Assembly: GCA_027487835.1 (NCBI GenBank)
Contig: JAIYCU010000012.1
Coordinates: forward strand, 21,718 to 85,717
DNA: 64,000 nt
Direction of reading: 5' to 3'
Source of the DNA: Bacteroidota bacterium
GTDB lineage: Bacteria; Bacteroidota; Bacteroidia; UKL13-3
The notes under the pieces are model-generated. The model saw only the letters and a program-made list of their open reading frames with translations. It made no database searches and was not told where the DNA came from. Position 1 is the stretch's first letter. Each line of letters opens with the position of its first letter. Shown here in pieces: positions 19,113 through 29,176 of the stretch. Both the position numbers and the translations under genes were made by a program.

Positions 19113-21467
19113 ATGAGTACAAAAACAAAGTCTCTTTTATTTGCCGCTTTTTTCATATTTTTAAACTTAAACATAAGTGCACAACGCATTGATTCTATTG
19201 ATGTATTGCATTATAATTTAAACCTTAAGTTTCAAAATTTTTCAGCCAAGAAAATGAGTGGGGTTGCATACCTTACCTGCCAATCAAAATTTTTCGGTTT
19301 GAACCGATTTCTGTTAGACCTACAAAAGCTAAAGGTAGATAGCATTTTATTGAACTACAAAAGTGTTTCTTTCTCAACTTCTGATTCAACAATTTTGGTT
19401 CAAACAGAAACCACATTAAATGCAAACGATACTTTTAACTTACAGGTTTATTATGCCGGCTCGCCTGTTACCGACCCGCGTTGGGGAGGTTTCTTCTTTA
19501 GTGGAAATTATGCCTATAATATGGGTGTGGGAATGGGCTCAAGTCCACCTAATTTTGGTAGATGCTGGTTTCCTTGTCTCGATAATTTTGTAGATAGAGC
19601 CACTTATGAATTTCATATAACCACAGATTCAGGATTTATGGCTGTTTGCAGTGGCTTACAATGGCCTGCTACTAACAATCCAGATGGTTCTATTACTTGG
19701 AACTGGCATTTATCTCAATCAATTCCTACCTATATTGCCAATGTGGCCATTAGTAAATATGTACTTATTAATAGTTCATATGTAGGTTTGCAAAGAAATA
19801 TACCTATTACGCTAGCCGTAAATCCAGCTGATTCTGCAAAAGCCATTTCTTCTTTTGTGCGATTGGCTAATGCAATGAAGTGCTTTGAAGATAAGTTTGG
19901 GCCCTATTTGTTTGATCGTGTAGGTTTTGTTGGGGTTCCTTTTAATTCAGGTGCAATGGAGCATGCATGTAATATTTCTTATCCCTTATACGCAGTTGAT
20001 GGGGCTTCCACCTATGAAACTTTAATGGCTCACGAACTTTCTCATCATTGGTGGGGAAATTTAGTTACAACCAGAACTGCATCTGATATGTGGCTTAACG
20101 AAGGTTGGGCTAGTTATTGCGAGGCATTATTTTTGGAATGTGTTTATGGAATTAATGATTACAATACAAAAATTGAATCAGAATTATTTGATGCCCTTAG
20201 AAATGCTGCTGTAAGAGACCAAGGATATAAATCTGTTTCAGGCGTTCCTCTTGCCCAAACTTATGGCACTCATGTTTATACCAAAGGTGGCTTAATGGTA
20301 CATAACCTTAGGCTTTTAATGGGTGATGCCAACTTTTTTGCGGCATGTAAGAGTTATCTCAATTTGTATAAGTTTAAAGATGTTAGTTCTAATGATCTTA
20401 AAAATGAGTTCCAAAAGTTTACTTCAACCGACCTTACTTCATTTTTTAATTCATTTATTTTTGACAAAGGGCACCTAGATGCTCAATTTTCTAGTGCCTT
20501 AGCAACAGATGGCAAATTCTTGGTGAGGGGCAATATCATGTCGAGGTACAAAAGCAATTTCTCTGATAAACTAGTTTTGCATTGTGGAGTTTATGCAAAG
20601 GATGGTACTAAAAAAGTTTACCCATACACTGTTTCTGCCCCTAAAAGTGCAGGTCCAATAGAATTTGCTATCCCCAATATTGATACAAATAAGGTAGCTT
20701 TTGTTGTTTTAAATGAAAATTCAGGTATGGCTTTAGGAAGTATAAGCGAACAAAAGTGGCTAAAAACAAATGGCGTTAATAACTTTAGCAAAGTGCAATT
20801 TACTGCAACGGTTTTGGCAAATGGCGATTCGAGTTTATTGCATGTTCAACACCATTATGCGCGTCCATGGATAGCCGAAAACCAACTTCCTAAAAATGTA
20901 ATTGTAAGCAGCGAAAGATATTGGGAGATTAAGGGTATTTTAACCAATGAGTTTAAGGCAACTGCTTTTTTTAATTATGATGGCACCTTGAATACGCGTT
21001 TAGACAATGAGCTAATTACTTTTTCGGAGGATAGTTTAGTTTTACTTTACAGGCCATCTTCAATGGATGCATTTGAAATTGAAAGTGATCTTACCTTTCA
21101 AACTGGGCCAAGCAAAACGGATAAGGTTGGAAGATTTTGGGTCAATAATTTAAAAAAGGGTGAGTATGTTTTTGGTTATAAAGATGCTTCTGCTGGTATT
21201 AATCCAGAAATAAATATAAATAATACCTTGCTTGTATTCCCTAATCCCTCGGTAACTGGTAAATTCAATGTTACACTTCCCATCTTGGATAAAACTGCCC
21301 GTCTTGAAGTATATTCCAATAATGGGAGTCTTATTTTAACCAAAAATGTTAAAAGAAATCTTAGTAGTTTAGAAATAGATTTGGGCGTAGAGAACAATTC
21401 CCAATTTTATTATTTGATTTTAATTACCGGTGATAAACAATATAAAGCTACTTTATTAAACAAATAA
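19113..21467 (+). CDS. M1-family (aminopeptidase N-like) zinc metallopeptidase with T9SS C-terminal sorting domain
   Basis: signal peptide; GAMEH (GAMEN variant) and HELSHHWWGNLVT...E zinc motif; last ~80 aa resemble Por/T9SS CTD (KFNVTLPILDKTARLEVYSNNGSLILTK...YYLILITGDKQYKATLLNK). Confidence 0.75.
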   Translation: MSTKTKSLLFAAFFIFLNLNISAQRIDSIDVLHYNLNLKFQNFSAKKMSGVAYLTCQSKFFGLNRFLLDLQKLKVDSILLNYKSVSFSTSDSTILVQTETTLNANDTFNLQVYYAGSPVTDPRWGGFFFSGNYAYNMGVGMGSSPPNFGRCWFPCLDNFVDRATYEFHITTDSGFMAVCSGLQWPATNNPDGSITWNWHLSQSIPTYIANVAISKYVLINSSYVGLQRNIPITLAVNPADSAKAISSFVRLANAMKCFEDKFGPYLFDRVGFVGVPFNSGAMEHACNISYPLYAVDGASTYETLMAHELSHHWWGNLVTTRTASDMWLNEGWASYCEALFLECVYGINDYNTKIESELFDALRNAAVRDQGYKSVSGVPLAQTYGTHVYTKGGLMVHNLRLLMGDANFFAACKSYLNLYKFKDVSSNDLKNEFQKFTSTDLTSFFNSFIFDKGHLDAQFSSALATDGKFLVRGNIMSRYKSNFSDKLVLHCGVYAKDGTKKVYPYTVSAPKSAGPIEFAIPNIDTNKVAFVVLNENSGMALGSISEQKWLKTNGVNNFSKVQFTATVLANGDSSLLHVQHHYARPWIAENQLPKNVIVSSERYWEIKGILTNEFKATAFFNYDGTLNTRLDNELITFSEDSLVLLYRPSSMDAFEIESDLTFQTGPSKTDKVGRFWVNNLKKGEYVFGYKDASAGINPEININNTLLVFPNPSVTGKFNVTLPILDKTARLEVYSNNGSLILTKNVKRNLSSLEIDLGVENNSQFYYLILITGDKQYKATLLNK

Positions 21468-21468
21468 T

Positions 21469-22287
21469 ATGATTAAAGCGCCTGTTGCTTCAATAGCCAT
21501 TGTTAAATATACTGAAAGTGATTACTTGCAAACCCAGGATTTGCTTGCAGTTGAAGAACCAATGGAAATTAGGTTGCAATTTGGTGAAGGCGATTTACGA
21601 AAAGAGATTCCAATTTCTGTAACGATGCGCACCCCAGGCAATGATTTTGAGCTAGCCTTGGGTTTTTTATTTACTGAAGGCATCATCACAAAAATAGCTG
21701 ATGTAAGCCAAATTAGTTATTGTAATTCTGCACCAGAAAATGGTCAAAACATTATAAAAGTAAGTTTAAATGATAATTTAGAAATTGATTTACAAAAATT
21801 ACAAAGAAATTTCTATACTAGCTCTAGCTGCGGTGTTTGCGGAAAAGCAAGTATTGATGCTATAAAACAGCATTGCAACAGAATAGAAATTCAAGGTTTG
21901 CGGGTTGATCCAAACTTACTTTTAAGCTTACCTGACAAACTCGCTTCGGTTCAAACCGTATTTAAACATACAGGAGGCATACATGCAAGTGCTTTATTTG
22001 ATTGGGAAGGGAACTTACTTATACATAGAGAGGATGTAGGAAGACATAATGCTTTAGATAAACTCATAGGTTATTTAATTAGCAATATTCAAATAAAGAC
22101 CGAGGCTTCCATTTTATTATTGAGCGGTAGGGCTAGTTTTGAGTTGGTACAAAAAGCAGCAATGGCTAGAATTCCTATAATTGCTGCGGTGGGCGCACCC
22201 AGCAGCTTGGCGGTTGAAACAGCTAAAAACTTTGGCATTCAACTGTTTGGATTTCTAAGAGAGAATAGATTCAATAAATATGCTTAA
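21469..22287 (+). CDS. fdhD: formate dehydrogenase accessory sulfurtransferase FdhD
   Basis: 272 aa; hallmark SSCGVCGKASID cysteine motif and GGxHA region typical of FdhD; no fdh catalytic gene in window. Confidence 0.8.
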   Translation: MIKAPVASIAIVKYTESDYLQTQDLLAVEEPMEIRLQFGEGDLRKEIPISVTMRTPGNDFELALGFLFTEGIITKIADVSQISYCNSAPENGQNIIKVSLNDNLEIDLQKLQRNFYTSSSCGVCGKASIDAIKQHCNRIEIQGLRVDPNLLLSLPDKLASVQTVFKHTGGIHASALFDWEGNLLIHREDVGRHNALDKLIGYLISNIQIKTEASILLLSGRASFELVQKAAMARIPIIAAVGAPSSLAVETAKNFGIQLFGFLRENRFNKYA

Positions 22288-22297
22288 ACACGTAAGC

Positions 22298-24181
22298 CTA
22301 AACTAACTCTTCCTCCAAATCTTCTTCATAAACACTATCCTTTTCAATTCTAAGGTTATCGATGATGAAGTTTTGTCTATCCATTGTATTCTTACCCATG
22401 TAGTATTCTAGCATTTTTTGAATAGATAATTCTGGATTTAAGACAACAGGCTGCAAACGCATATCCTCGCCAATAAATAAACCAAACTCTTCAGGTGAAA
22501 TTTCACCTAAACCTTTAAATCGGGTAATTTCTGGCCTTGCGCCCAATTTGGTAATGGCTTTTTGCTTTTCTTCTTCACTGTAACAATAAAATGTTTTTTG
22601 CTTATTTCTAACCCTAAATAAAGGAGTATCAAGAATAAACAAGTGGCCATTTTTGGCTAAGTCTGGAAAAAATTGCAAGAAAAAGGTAAGTAAAAGCAAG
22701 CGAATATGCATTCCATCCACGTCGGCATCAGTTGCAATTACAATTCTATTATACCTTAAATCTTCAATACTTTCTTCAATATTGAGTGCATGCTGAAGCA
22801 AGTTGAATTCTTCGTTTTCGTATACAATTTTCTTGGTTAGTCCATAGGAATTTAAAGGCTTACCTCTTAATGAAAAAACAGCTTGTGTTTCTACATTTCT
22901 ACTTTTTGTAATTGAACCACTTGCCGAATCTCCTTCAGTAATGAACAAGGTAGATTCTAGTTTCTTTTCCTCATTTTTTCCTTCATTTAAATGAAGTCGG
23001 CAATCTCTCAATTTTTTATTATGCAAGTTGGCCTTCTTAGCTCTTTCATTGGCAAGCTTTTTAATGCCTGCCATTTCTTTTCGCTCTCTTTCGCTTTGGT
23101 TTATTCTTCTTAATAAAGCGTCTGCCGCCTCTGGGTGCTTATGAAGATAATCATCTAAACTCTTCTTCATAAAGTCCATCACAAATTGCTTTACAGTTGG
23201 TGATTCAGTTGGCGCCATGTTTATTGAGCCAAGTTTTGTTTTGGTCTGACTTTCAAACACTGGTTCCTGAACCCTCAAACTAACTGCGGCAATGATACTT
23301 GCGCGGATATCTGCTAAATCAAAATCCTTCTTGTAAAAATCTCTAATGGTTTTGGCAAAGGCTTCTCTAAAGGCATTTAAGTGCGTTCCACCCATGGTGG
23401 TGTGCTGTCCATTAACAAATGAGTAATAATCCTCACCATATTGATTTTCGTGGGTAATAGCTACTTCAATATCCTCCCCTTTTAAATGAATAATTGGATA
23501 TTTAAGTTCTTCCTCGGTAGTTTTGCGTTTGAGCAAGTCTAGTAAGCCATCCTTAGAAAAATATTTTTTATCGTTGAACCATATTGTTAAACCGGAGTTA
23601 AGATAAACATAGTTCCAAAGTAAGTTTTCAATGTATTCATTGACAAACCGAAAATGCTTAAAAATAGTATCATCTGCTATAAATGATATAGCAGTGCCAT
23701 TTGGCTCAATAGTATCTTGTAATTTATGCTCTTGTGAAAGTTGACCTTTTTCAAATTCGGCTATTTTAGTTTTGCCTTCCCTAAAACTTTGCGCTTTAAA
23801 ATAAATAGATAAAGCATTAACAGCTTTGGTACCCACCCCGTTTAAGCCTACTGATTTCTTAAACGCAGCCGAATCATACTTTCCTCCTGTATTAATTTGA
23901 GAAACACACTCAATTACTTTTCCTAATGGAATTCCCCTACCATAATCTCTTACTGTAACCTTATTATCTACAATTTTTATATCGATTTGCTTCCCATTAC
24001 CCATTACAAACTCATCAATGGAATTGTCTATTATTTCTTTTAATAGAATATAAATACCGTCATCCATGGCACTGCCATCGCCAAGCTTACCAATGTACAT
24101 TCCTGGCCTTAACCTAATATGCTCCCGCCAATCAAGGGACTTAATACTGCTTTCGTCGTATTTTACTACTTCCTCTGCCAT
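22298..24181 (-). CDS. parE: type IIA topoisomerase B subunit, topoisomerase IV ParE-like (627 aa; shorter than GyrB)
   Basis: GHKL ATPase motifs ([23 protein letters not shown]), TOPRIM EGDSASG, PLRGKPLN motif; length and lack of the GyrB insertion favour ParE. Confidence 0.75.
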   Translation of the reverse strand: MAEEVVKYDESSIKSLDWREHIRLRPGMYIGKLGDGSAMDDGIYILLKEIIDNSIDEFVMGNGKQIDIKIVDNKVTVRDYGRGIPLGKVIECVSQINTGGKYDSAAFKKSVGLNGVGTKAVNALSIYFKAQSFREGKTKIAEFEKGQLSQEHKLQDTIEPNGTAISFIADDTIFKHFRFVNEYIENLLWNYVYLNSGLTIWFNDKKYFSKDGLLDLLKRKTTEEELKYPIIHLKGEDIEVAITHENQYGEDYYSFVNGQHTTMGGTHLNAFREAFAKTIRDFYKKDFDLADIRASIIAAVSLRVQEPVFESQTKTKLGSINMAPTESPTVKQFVMDFMKKSLDDYLHKHPEAADALLRRINQSERERKEMAGIKKLANERAKKANLHNKKLRDCRLHLNEGKNEEKKLESTLFITEGDSASGSITKSRNVETQAVFSLRGKPLNSYGLTKKIVYENEEFNLLQHALNIEESIEDLRYNRIVIATDADVDGMHIRLLLLTFFLQFFPDLAKNGHLFILDTPLFRVRNKQKTFYCYSEEEKQKAITKLGARPEITRFKGLGEISPEEFGLFIGEDMRLQPVVLNPELSIQKMLEYYMGKNTMDRQNFIIDNLRIEKDSVYEEDLEEELV

Positions 24182-24251
24182 AACTAAAATAAAACGTAAA
24201 AATACAAATCAATTACCTTTCCTTTCGCATCTCTTATTCACAAAACCTGTG

Positions 24252-24288
24252 GAAAACAAAAAGCCCCATCCAAATTGGACGGGGCTCT
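24252..24288 (-). terminator. intrinsic terminator downstream of lipoprotein gene 24308..26038
   Basis: stem gccccatcc/ggacggggc; U-tract on the minus strand (plus-strand aaaacaaaaa). Confidence 0.55.
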
Positions 24289-24307
24289 TAAATAAATATA
24301 AGCTTTA

Positions 24308-26038
24308 TTAGCGTATAGCTGCTTGAAATAATGGGTTTTTGAAGAAGTTTCTAAATTCTAAATCTTCTTTTGCCATATTTCTTGCATCATTACTTAATTG
24401 AACTGCTTTTGCTAAATTAGAGGTACAAACATCTTGGTTATTCATACGAGCACCAGCAATTGCTCTTACATAATAGTGTTTCCAAGTTAATTCATCTGGG
24501 TTAACACCATCAATGGTGTTTTTAGCACCATTTGCGTTTCCATTTAATAACTGGGCTAATGCTAAATTATAAGGGCTTTTTCCGCTTTTTGTTAAGTTAT
24601 TAACTGCTGAGGCGTAATTACCACGTTTGATATCCATTAAACCTTTATTTAAAGAAACGTTTGCGCCATTGCTTTCTGCATTTGCAAAATACTCATTGGC
24701 TTTTGCCATATTTCCCTGTGAACGAGCTAAAGATCCAAGATTAACTAAAACGATACCATTGTTAGCTGAATTTGAAAGTGCTTTTTCAAAGTTAGCCGAT
24801 GCATCTGCATTTTTACCTTGTGCCATTTGTAATAAAGCAAGATCGTTAAAACCTCTCCAATCAGCTGCAAATAGACTGTTATACGCGTTTAATACTTCTT
24901 CTTTTTTAGATAAATCTGTTGTAATTCTAGCTAAGTGATATAATTCCATTTGACTTAACTCTGCGTATTTACCATAAAAGTTTAACAAGGTTGCATCATC
25001 TTTAAATGGCTTACCACCAATTACTAGCAATTCTGAACGGCGTAATTTTGGAAGAATATTTTCCGCTGCAAATTTCCAAGAATTTTCATGATTTCTGCGC
25101 AATAAGCTTTCACGTTCTTCATCACTAATACCTTTGTTGTTAATGATTTGTAGCATTGCATCTTTATCTGCAAGTGTAGAAGCTGAAACCAATTCTCCAA
25201 AGCCCTTCCAGTCTTCAGCTAACATATAACCCATGCTAAAGTTAGAATCATTTACCTCTGAGAAACCTAATTTTTTAAGCTCTTTGCGGAAATAAGCAAA
25301 AGTGCTAGTAGAACGTCCGCTTGATAAGTTGTTATTACGACCCAACTCACCATCAGGAGAAGCGAAAGCATTAATTGAAATGCCTTTTACTACCCAATTA
25401 GGATCCTTCTTTAATAAGTTCTTTAATTCCGTAATTTGATTTTTGTTGCTAAGTTTTTTACCAACTTTTAAGTTAGGGTTAAATTTCTCAACATCCATAG
25501 GAAAATAAATACTTACAGATTTCGGATTCAACTCTTGTTTGTAAATATCTTCAGAAATTTGAGTCTCGTTATTGTATTGAACCAAGTTGGCTGTAGTAAT
25601 AGTACCTAGTACCATTATACTATCAGGAACTGGTAATACTTTACCTTCAAATGAGAACTTAGGCAATAACTTTACATTTTTTAAATCTGCAGTATAAGGA
25701 ATTTTATCAGTGTAAGTTACTGAACCGCCAGTTTTACTATTTACGGTGTAATCAGCACTACCTTCTGCTTTTTCTCCTTTAAATGTCACCTCCTTTAATG
25801 GGATCTCCTTTCCATCAGGTGTTTTTAAATAAGGTTGAAAACTAACTAATGCTTTAGCTTTCATTGATTTCTCCGGAATGTTGCCGGTAATAGTTACCAA
25901 AACCGAATCTCCTTTTAATTCTAATGGATCTGGAGTTACGGAATAGTTGTTTTTCGAGAAGTTAACCGTTCCACATGCAGATGCAAAAATTGAAAAGGCT
26001 AAACCAAGAGGGAGAACTTTTTGTGAAAAATCCTTCAT
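24308..26038 (-). CDS. lipoprotein with OmpA-C-like and TPR-like regions (hypothetical)
   Basis: lipobox FASAC; central ...AFASPDGELGRNNNLSSGRSTS... resembles the OmpA_C peptidoglycan-binding core; C-terminal TPR-like repeats. Confidence 0.45.
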   Translation of the reverse strand: MKDFSQKVLPLGLAFSIFASACGTVNFSKNNYSVTPDPLELKGDSVLVTITGNIPEKSMKAKALVSFQPYLKTPDGKEIPLKEVTFKGEKAEGSADYTVNSKTGGSVTYTDKIPYTADLKNVKLLPKFSFEGKVLPVPDSIMVLGTITTANLVQYNNETQISEDIYKQELNPKSVSIYFPMDVEKFNPNLKVGKKLSNKNQITELKNLLKKDPNWVVKGISINAFASPDGELGRNNNLSSGRSTSTFAYFRKELKKLGFSEVNDSNFSMGYMLAEDWKGFGELVSASTLADKDAMLQIINNKGISDEERESLLRRNHENSWKFAAENILPKLRRSELLVIGGKPFKDDATLLNFYGKYAELSQMELYHLARITTDLSKKEEVLNAYNSLFAADWRGFNDLALLQMAQGKNADASANFEKALSNSANNGIVLVNLGSLARSQGNMAKANEYFANAESNGANVSLNKGLMDIKRGNYASAVNNLTKSGKSPYNLALAQLLNGNANGAKNTIDGVNPDELTWKHYYVRAIAGARMNNQDVCTSNLAKAVQLSNDARNMAKEDLEFRNFFKNPLFQAAIR

Positions 26039-26098
26039 TGTTAATTATGTTTGTTGCGGCAAAAGTAAGTTTTTAAGCTCAAAAAAGAAATAAATACT

Positions 26099-26296
26099 TT
26101 GTACATCATTAAAATCAAAGGCAAGGCAAAAATTCCTGATTACCTTCAAGTAAGGGACGATAACTTTACGCTTATCGCTTATACAAGAACGGATCGTCCG
26201 GAAAAGGCTTTGGAAAAATGTGGTCTAGGAGACCAGATTGAAAAAATTAAAGCCCTAATGAATGAAATTCCATTTGGCAAAATGACTAAACTATAA
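26099..26296 (+). CDS. small hypothetical protein immediately upstream of ftsE
   Basis: 65-aa ORF ending 4 nt before the ftsE start; no recognisable motif. Confidence 0.3.
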   Translation: MYIIKIKGKAKIPDYLQVRDDNFTLIAYTRTDRPEKALEKCGLGDQIEKIKALMNEIPFGKMTKL

Positions 26297-26300
26297 CGCT

Positions 26301-26975
26301 ATGAGTCAGGGTGAAAGCATAATTAAATACCACGAAGTTAGTTTGTTTCAGCAAAATAATCTCGTGTTGTCAGAGGTAAATTTATCTATTTTGCCAGGTG
26401 AGTTTGTTTACTTAATAGGCTCCACAGGCAGCGGTAAAAGCACCTTATTAAAATCAATGTATGCCGAAATTCCAGTTGAAAGAGGTGAAGCGAACATTGC
26501 AGGATACAATTTAAAGAGCCTTAAAAAATCAAATATTCCCTTTTTAAGACGAAAAATTGGCATCGTTTTTCAAGATTTTCAGCTTTTATTCGATCGAGAT
26601 GTAGAGGATAACTTGGATTTTGTGCTAACTGCAACTGGTTGGAATAACCTTTTGGATAAGAACCATAGAATTTTAGAAGTGCTTAATTTAGTTGGATTAT
26701 CAACCAAACTACATAAAATGCCAAATGAATTAAGTGGCGGAGAACAACAAAGGCTAGTGATTGCAAGGGCTTTATTAAATAAGCCTGCTTTGATTTTAGC
26801 CGATGAACCTACTGGAAATTTAGATCCTTCTACCAGTGATGAAATACTAAATTTACTACATCAAATTAGTAGAGAAGGAACAAGTGTATTAATGGCTACT
26901 CACGATTATAGAATCCTTGAGAAATTCCCAGCCAAGGTTATAAAATGTAATGATGGGTTTGTAGAGGTTGTTTAA
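26301..26975 (+). CDS. ftsE: cell-division ABC ATPase FtsE
   Basis: 224 aa; Walker A GSTGSGKST, signature LSGGEQQR, Walker B ILADEPTGNLD, H-loop; FtsE-typical size. ftsX is not adjacent. Confidence 0.75.
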   Translation: MSQGESIIKYHEVSLFQQNNLVLSEVNLSILPGEFVYLIGSTGSGKSTLLKSMYAEIPVERGEANIAGYNLKSLKKSNIPFLRRKIGIVFQDFQLLFDRDVEDNLDFVLTATGWNNLLDKNHRILEVLNLVGLSTKLHKMPNELSGGEQQRLVIARALLNKPALILADEPTGNLDPSTSDEILNLLHQISREGTSVLMATHDYRILEKFPAKVIKCNDGFVEVV

Positions 26976-28081
26976 GAAATGGTTTGAACCAATTTTTGAG
27001 CGTTTTTATTATTATCAAATCTACTTCCCACTATTTCTTTTCTTTTCGCGATATCCTCATCATTGAACGTTTTTTGCATTAGATCATCTAATTTTTCTGC
27101 CATTTCCTGCCCTGTATCGGCTAAGATAACTGCTGCTTGCAATCCTGCTGCCTCTACCATTTGTGTATTGGCTAATAAATGCTTACCTAGAAAAAGGCAA
27201 TTAATCAATTTTAACTTTATGCCTGTGGGTTGAAAGGTTGGCAAAATATTAACGCACGCCTTTTTAATTAGTTGATCTATTTCTTGTGGTGATAAACCCT
27301 CCAATAAGCTAACATTTGAATGTTTTGCAATTAAATTTCGGAGACTTTCTTTTGCCCCATCCCCTGCAATCACAAGCCTTTTATTGGAATGCGGCATTAC
27401 CTCTTTTAGCAAAAACATAGCAGATACATGATTTTCTACCACACTTAATTTACCATGGTAAAAAGCAAAATCTTCGAAGGTTTTACCTATCTCCACTTTT
27501 GATTGAGCATGAAAAGGAGAAAGCAAGGTAACTTTATCTCCATACCTAGATTTTAATTCAGTTTCATCCTTTTCAGATATAGCAAAAATCTTATCTGCCT
27601 TATTTAAAATTGGTTCAAACCGACTTAATAAAAAACCCTCTATTGCTAAATAGATTTTCTTAAATAATCGCTCCTCTCCTTTTGCTAAAAGTTTGTAATA
27701 ATCATGCTCAATATTATGCATTCTTACTAATTTCAATCTTCCTTTCAAGGCTGGATGGTCTAAGTAATAGCAGCAATGTAAAGCTTCAAATAAAATTGGA
27801 TAATCATTAGATCTCAAATTTTTTAATAAATGCGTGTCTCCCCTGCTACTTACAATGAAAGGCTTTAATGAAAATTTAAAATTACTTCGTTTATAGTAAA
27901 AAACCTTTTCGCAATAATTTTCTAATTCATTAGTCTCTTGCCTGTTTCCATAAATGAAAGTGTGAAGGATGATTTTTACTCCCGCTTCATGCAAGGCTTT
28001 AATTTTATAAAAAACATCTATTACCCCTCCATAATTGGCAGGAAATGGAACATCAAAACATACAATATTTATGAACTTCAA
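26972..28081 (-). CDS. glycosyltransferase (GT1/GT4-like fold)
   Basis: 369 aa; N-terminal Rossmann-like acceptor domain, C-terminal nucleotide-sugar-binding-like region; overlaps ftsE stop by 4 nt. Confidence 0.5.
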   Translation of the reverse strand: MKFINIVCFDVPFPANYGGVIDVFYKIKALHEAGVKIILHTFIYGNRQETNELENYCEKVFYYKRSNFKFSLKPFIVSSRGDTHLLKNLRSNDYPILFEALHCCYYLDHPALKGRLKLVRMHNIEHDYYKLLAKGEERLFKKIYLAIEGFLLSRFEPILNKADKIFAISEKDETELKSRYGDKVTLLSPFHAQSKVEIGKTFEDFAFYHGKLSVVENHVSAMFLLKEVMPHSNKRLVIAGDGAKESLRNLIAKHSNVSLLEGLSPQEIDQLIKKACVNILPTFQPTGIKLKLINCLFLGKHLLANTQMVEAAGLQAAVILADTGQEMAEKLDDLMQKTFNDEDIAKRKEIVGSRFDNNKNAQKLVQTIS

Positions 28082-28084
28082 CAG

Positions 28085-29176
28085 TTAAATAGCTTTATAA
28101 ATTTGAATCAATTTTACTGATTCGCGCTGCAAATTATATGCTTTAGCGGCCATTCTGCAATTATTTTCTAGTTTTTTGTATAATTCTTGGTCGTTTGCCA
28201 AATTATTTAAGGTGGAAGCTATCTCTTCCACCTTAGCTTGACAAATAATAGCAACTTCAAATTTATTATTAATGCTTATATATTCTGGGAAAGGCGGACA
28301 AAGCTGAGGTACTTCGGCATGGATATAATCAAAGAATTTATTGGCTAAAGAAAAGTAATAGCTTTTGCTTTCAGGTTCTAATAAATTGTATCCTAACCAA
28401 GCCTTTTGTGTGTATTGTTGCAATTCTGCAGGTCTTATCCATCCTGCAAATTCAACTTTTTCATTAAGTTTTTCGGTTTGAACCAAAAGTCTGAGAGAAT
28501 CACTTAAATCGCCCTCTCCAATGACTAATAATTTACCTTCAAACAATTTCATAGCAAGTATTAAAGGTTCTAGCGCTCTTCCCTTATTTAATGCACCTTG
28601 GTAAACAATTAATCGTGGAGTTTTCATTGCCAAACTTTGATTTGTATTGAGCGGTGGTACATTTTGGATAAATCCAAATGGTTGATTGTACTTTAAACTT
28701 AACTCAGCAGCCAATGCCTCACCAACCGTATAAGATTTAGCAGCGTATGGGATACAAATTTTTGCAATCTCATTCCAAATTGCTTTAATATCAGACCTAT
28801 TCACCAATTCAGGAACTTCAGTAAAATATTCATGTGAATCAAATGTCAATTTCGTAGATTTTAAAATAGCAGCTAAGGTGTTTGGCAAGAGTGTATCTAA
28901 ATCCACTGCCAAAAATAAAAATGGCGACTTTCCCAATAAAAAGATTAAAAGTCGAAGATTGAATTCTAAATAAAATAATTTCCCTTTTTCAAAAATGCAG
29001 TTAATTCTTTTTTGTCCGAAAACTTCTTCTTGTAAAGGCAAAGAACTGCTTTTTAGTCGACCTACCAAAAGCACCTCAAAACCTGCATTAACGAGAATTG
29101 TCGCATGCCTTCTCATTCTTTGATCGAAGTTTAAGTCGTTACTTACGCTTATTATTATTTGTTTTCTTTTGTCCAA
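28085..29176 (-). CDS. glycosyltransferase family 4-like
   Basis: 363 aa; C-terminal RLIVYQGALNKGRALEPLILAMK...EGKLLVIGEGD pattern typical of the GT4 donor-binding domain. Confidence 0.5.
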   Translation of the reverse strand: MDKRKQIIISVSNDLNFDQRMRRHATILVNAGFEVLLVGRLKSSSLPLQEEVFGQKRINCIFEKGKLFYLEFNLRLLIFLLGKSPFLFLAVDLDTLLPNTLAAILKSTKLTFDSHEYFTEVPELVNRSDIKAIWNEIAKICIPYAAKSYTVGEALAAELSLKYNQPFGFIQNVPPLNTNQSLAMKTPRLIVYQGALNKGRALEPLILAMKLFEGKLLVIGEGDLSDSLRLLVQTEKLNEKVEFAGWIRPAELQQYTQKAWLGYNLLEPESKSYYFSLANKFFDYIHAEVPQLCPPFPEYISINNKFEVAIICQAKVEEIASTLNNLANDQELYKKLENNCRMAAKAYNLQRESVKLIQIYKAI

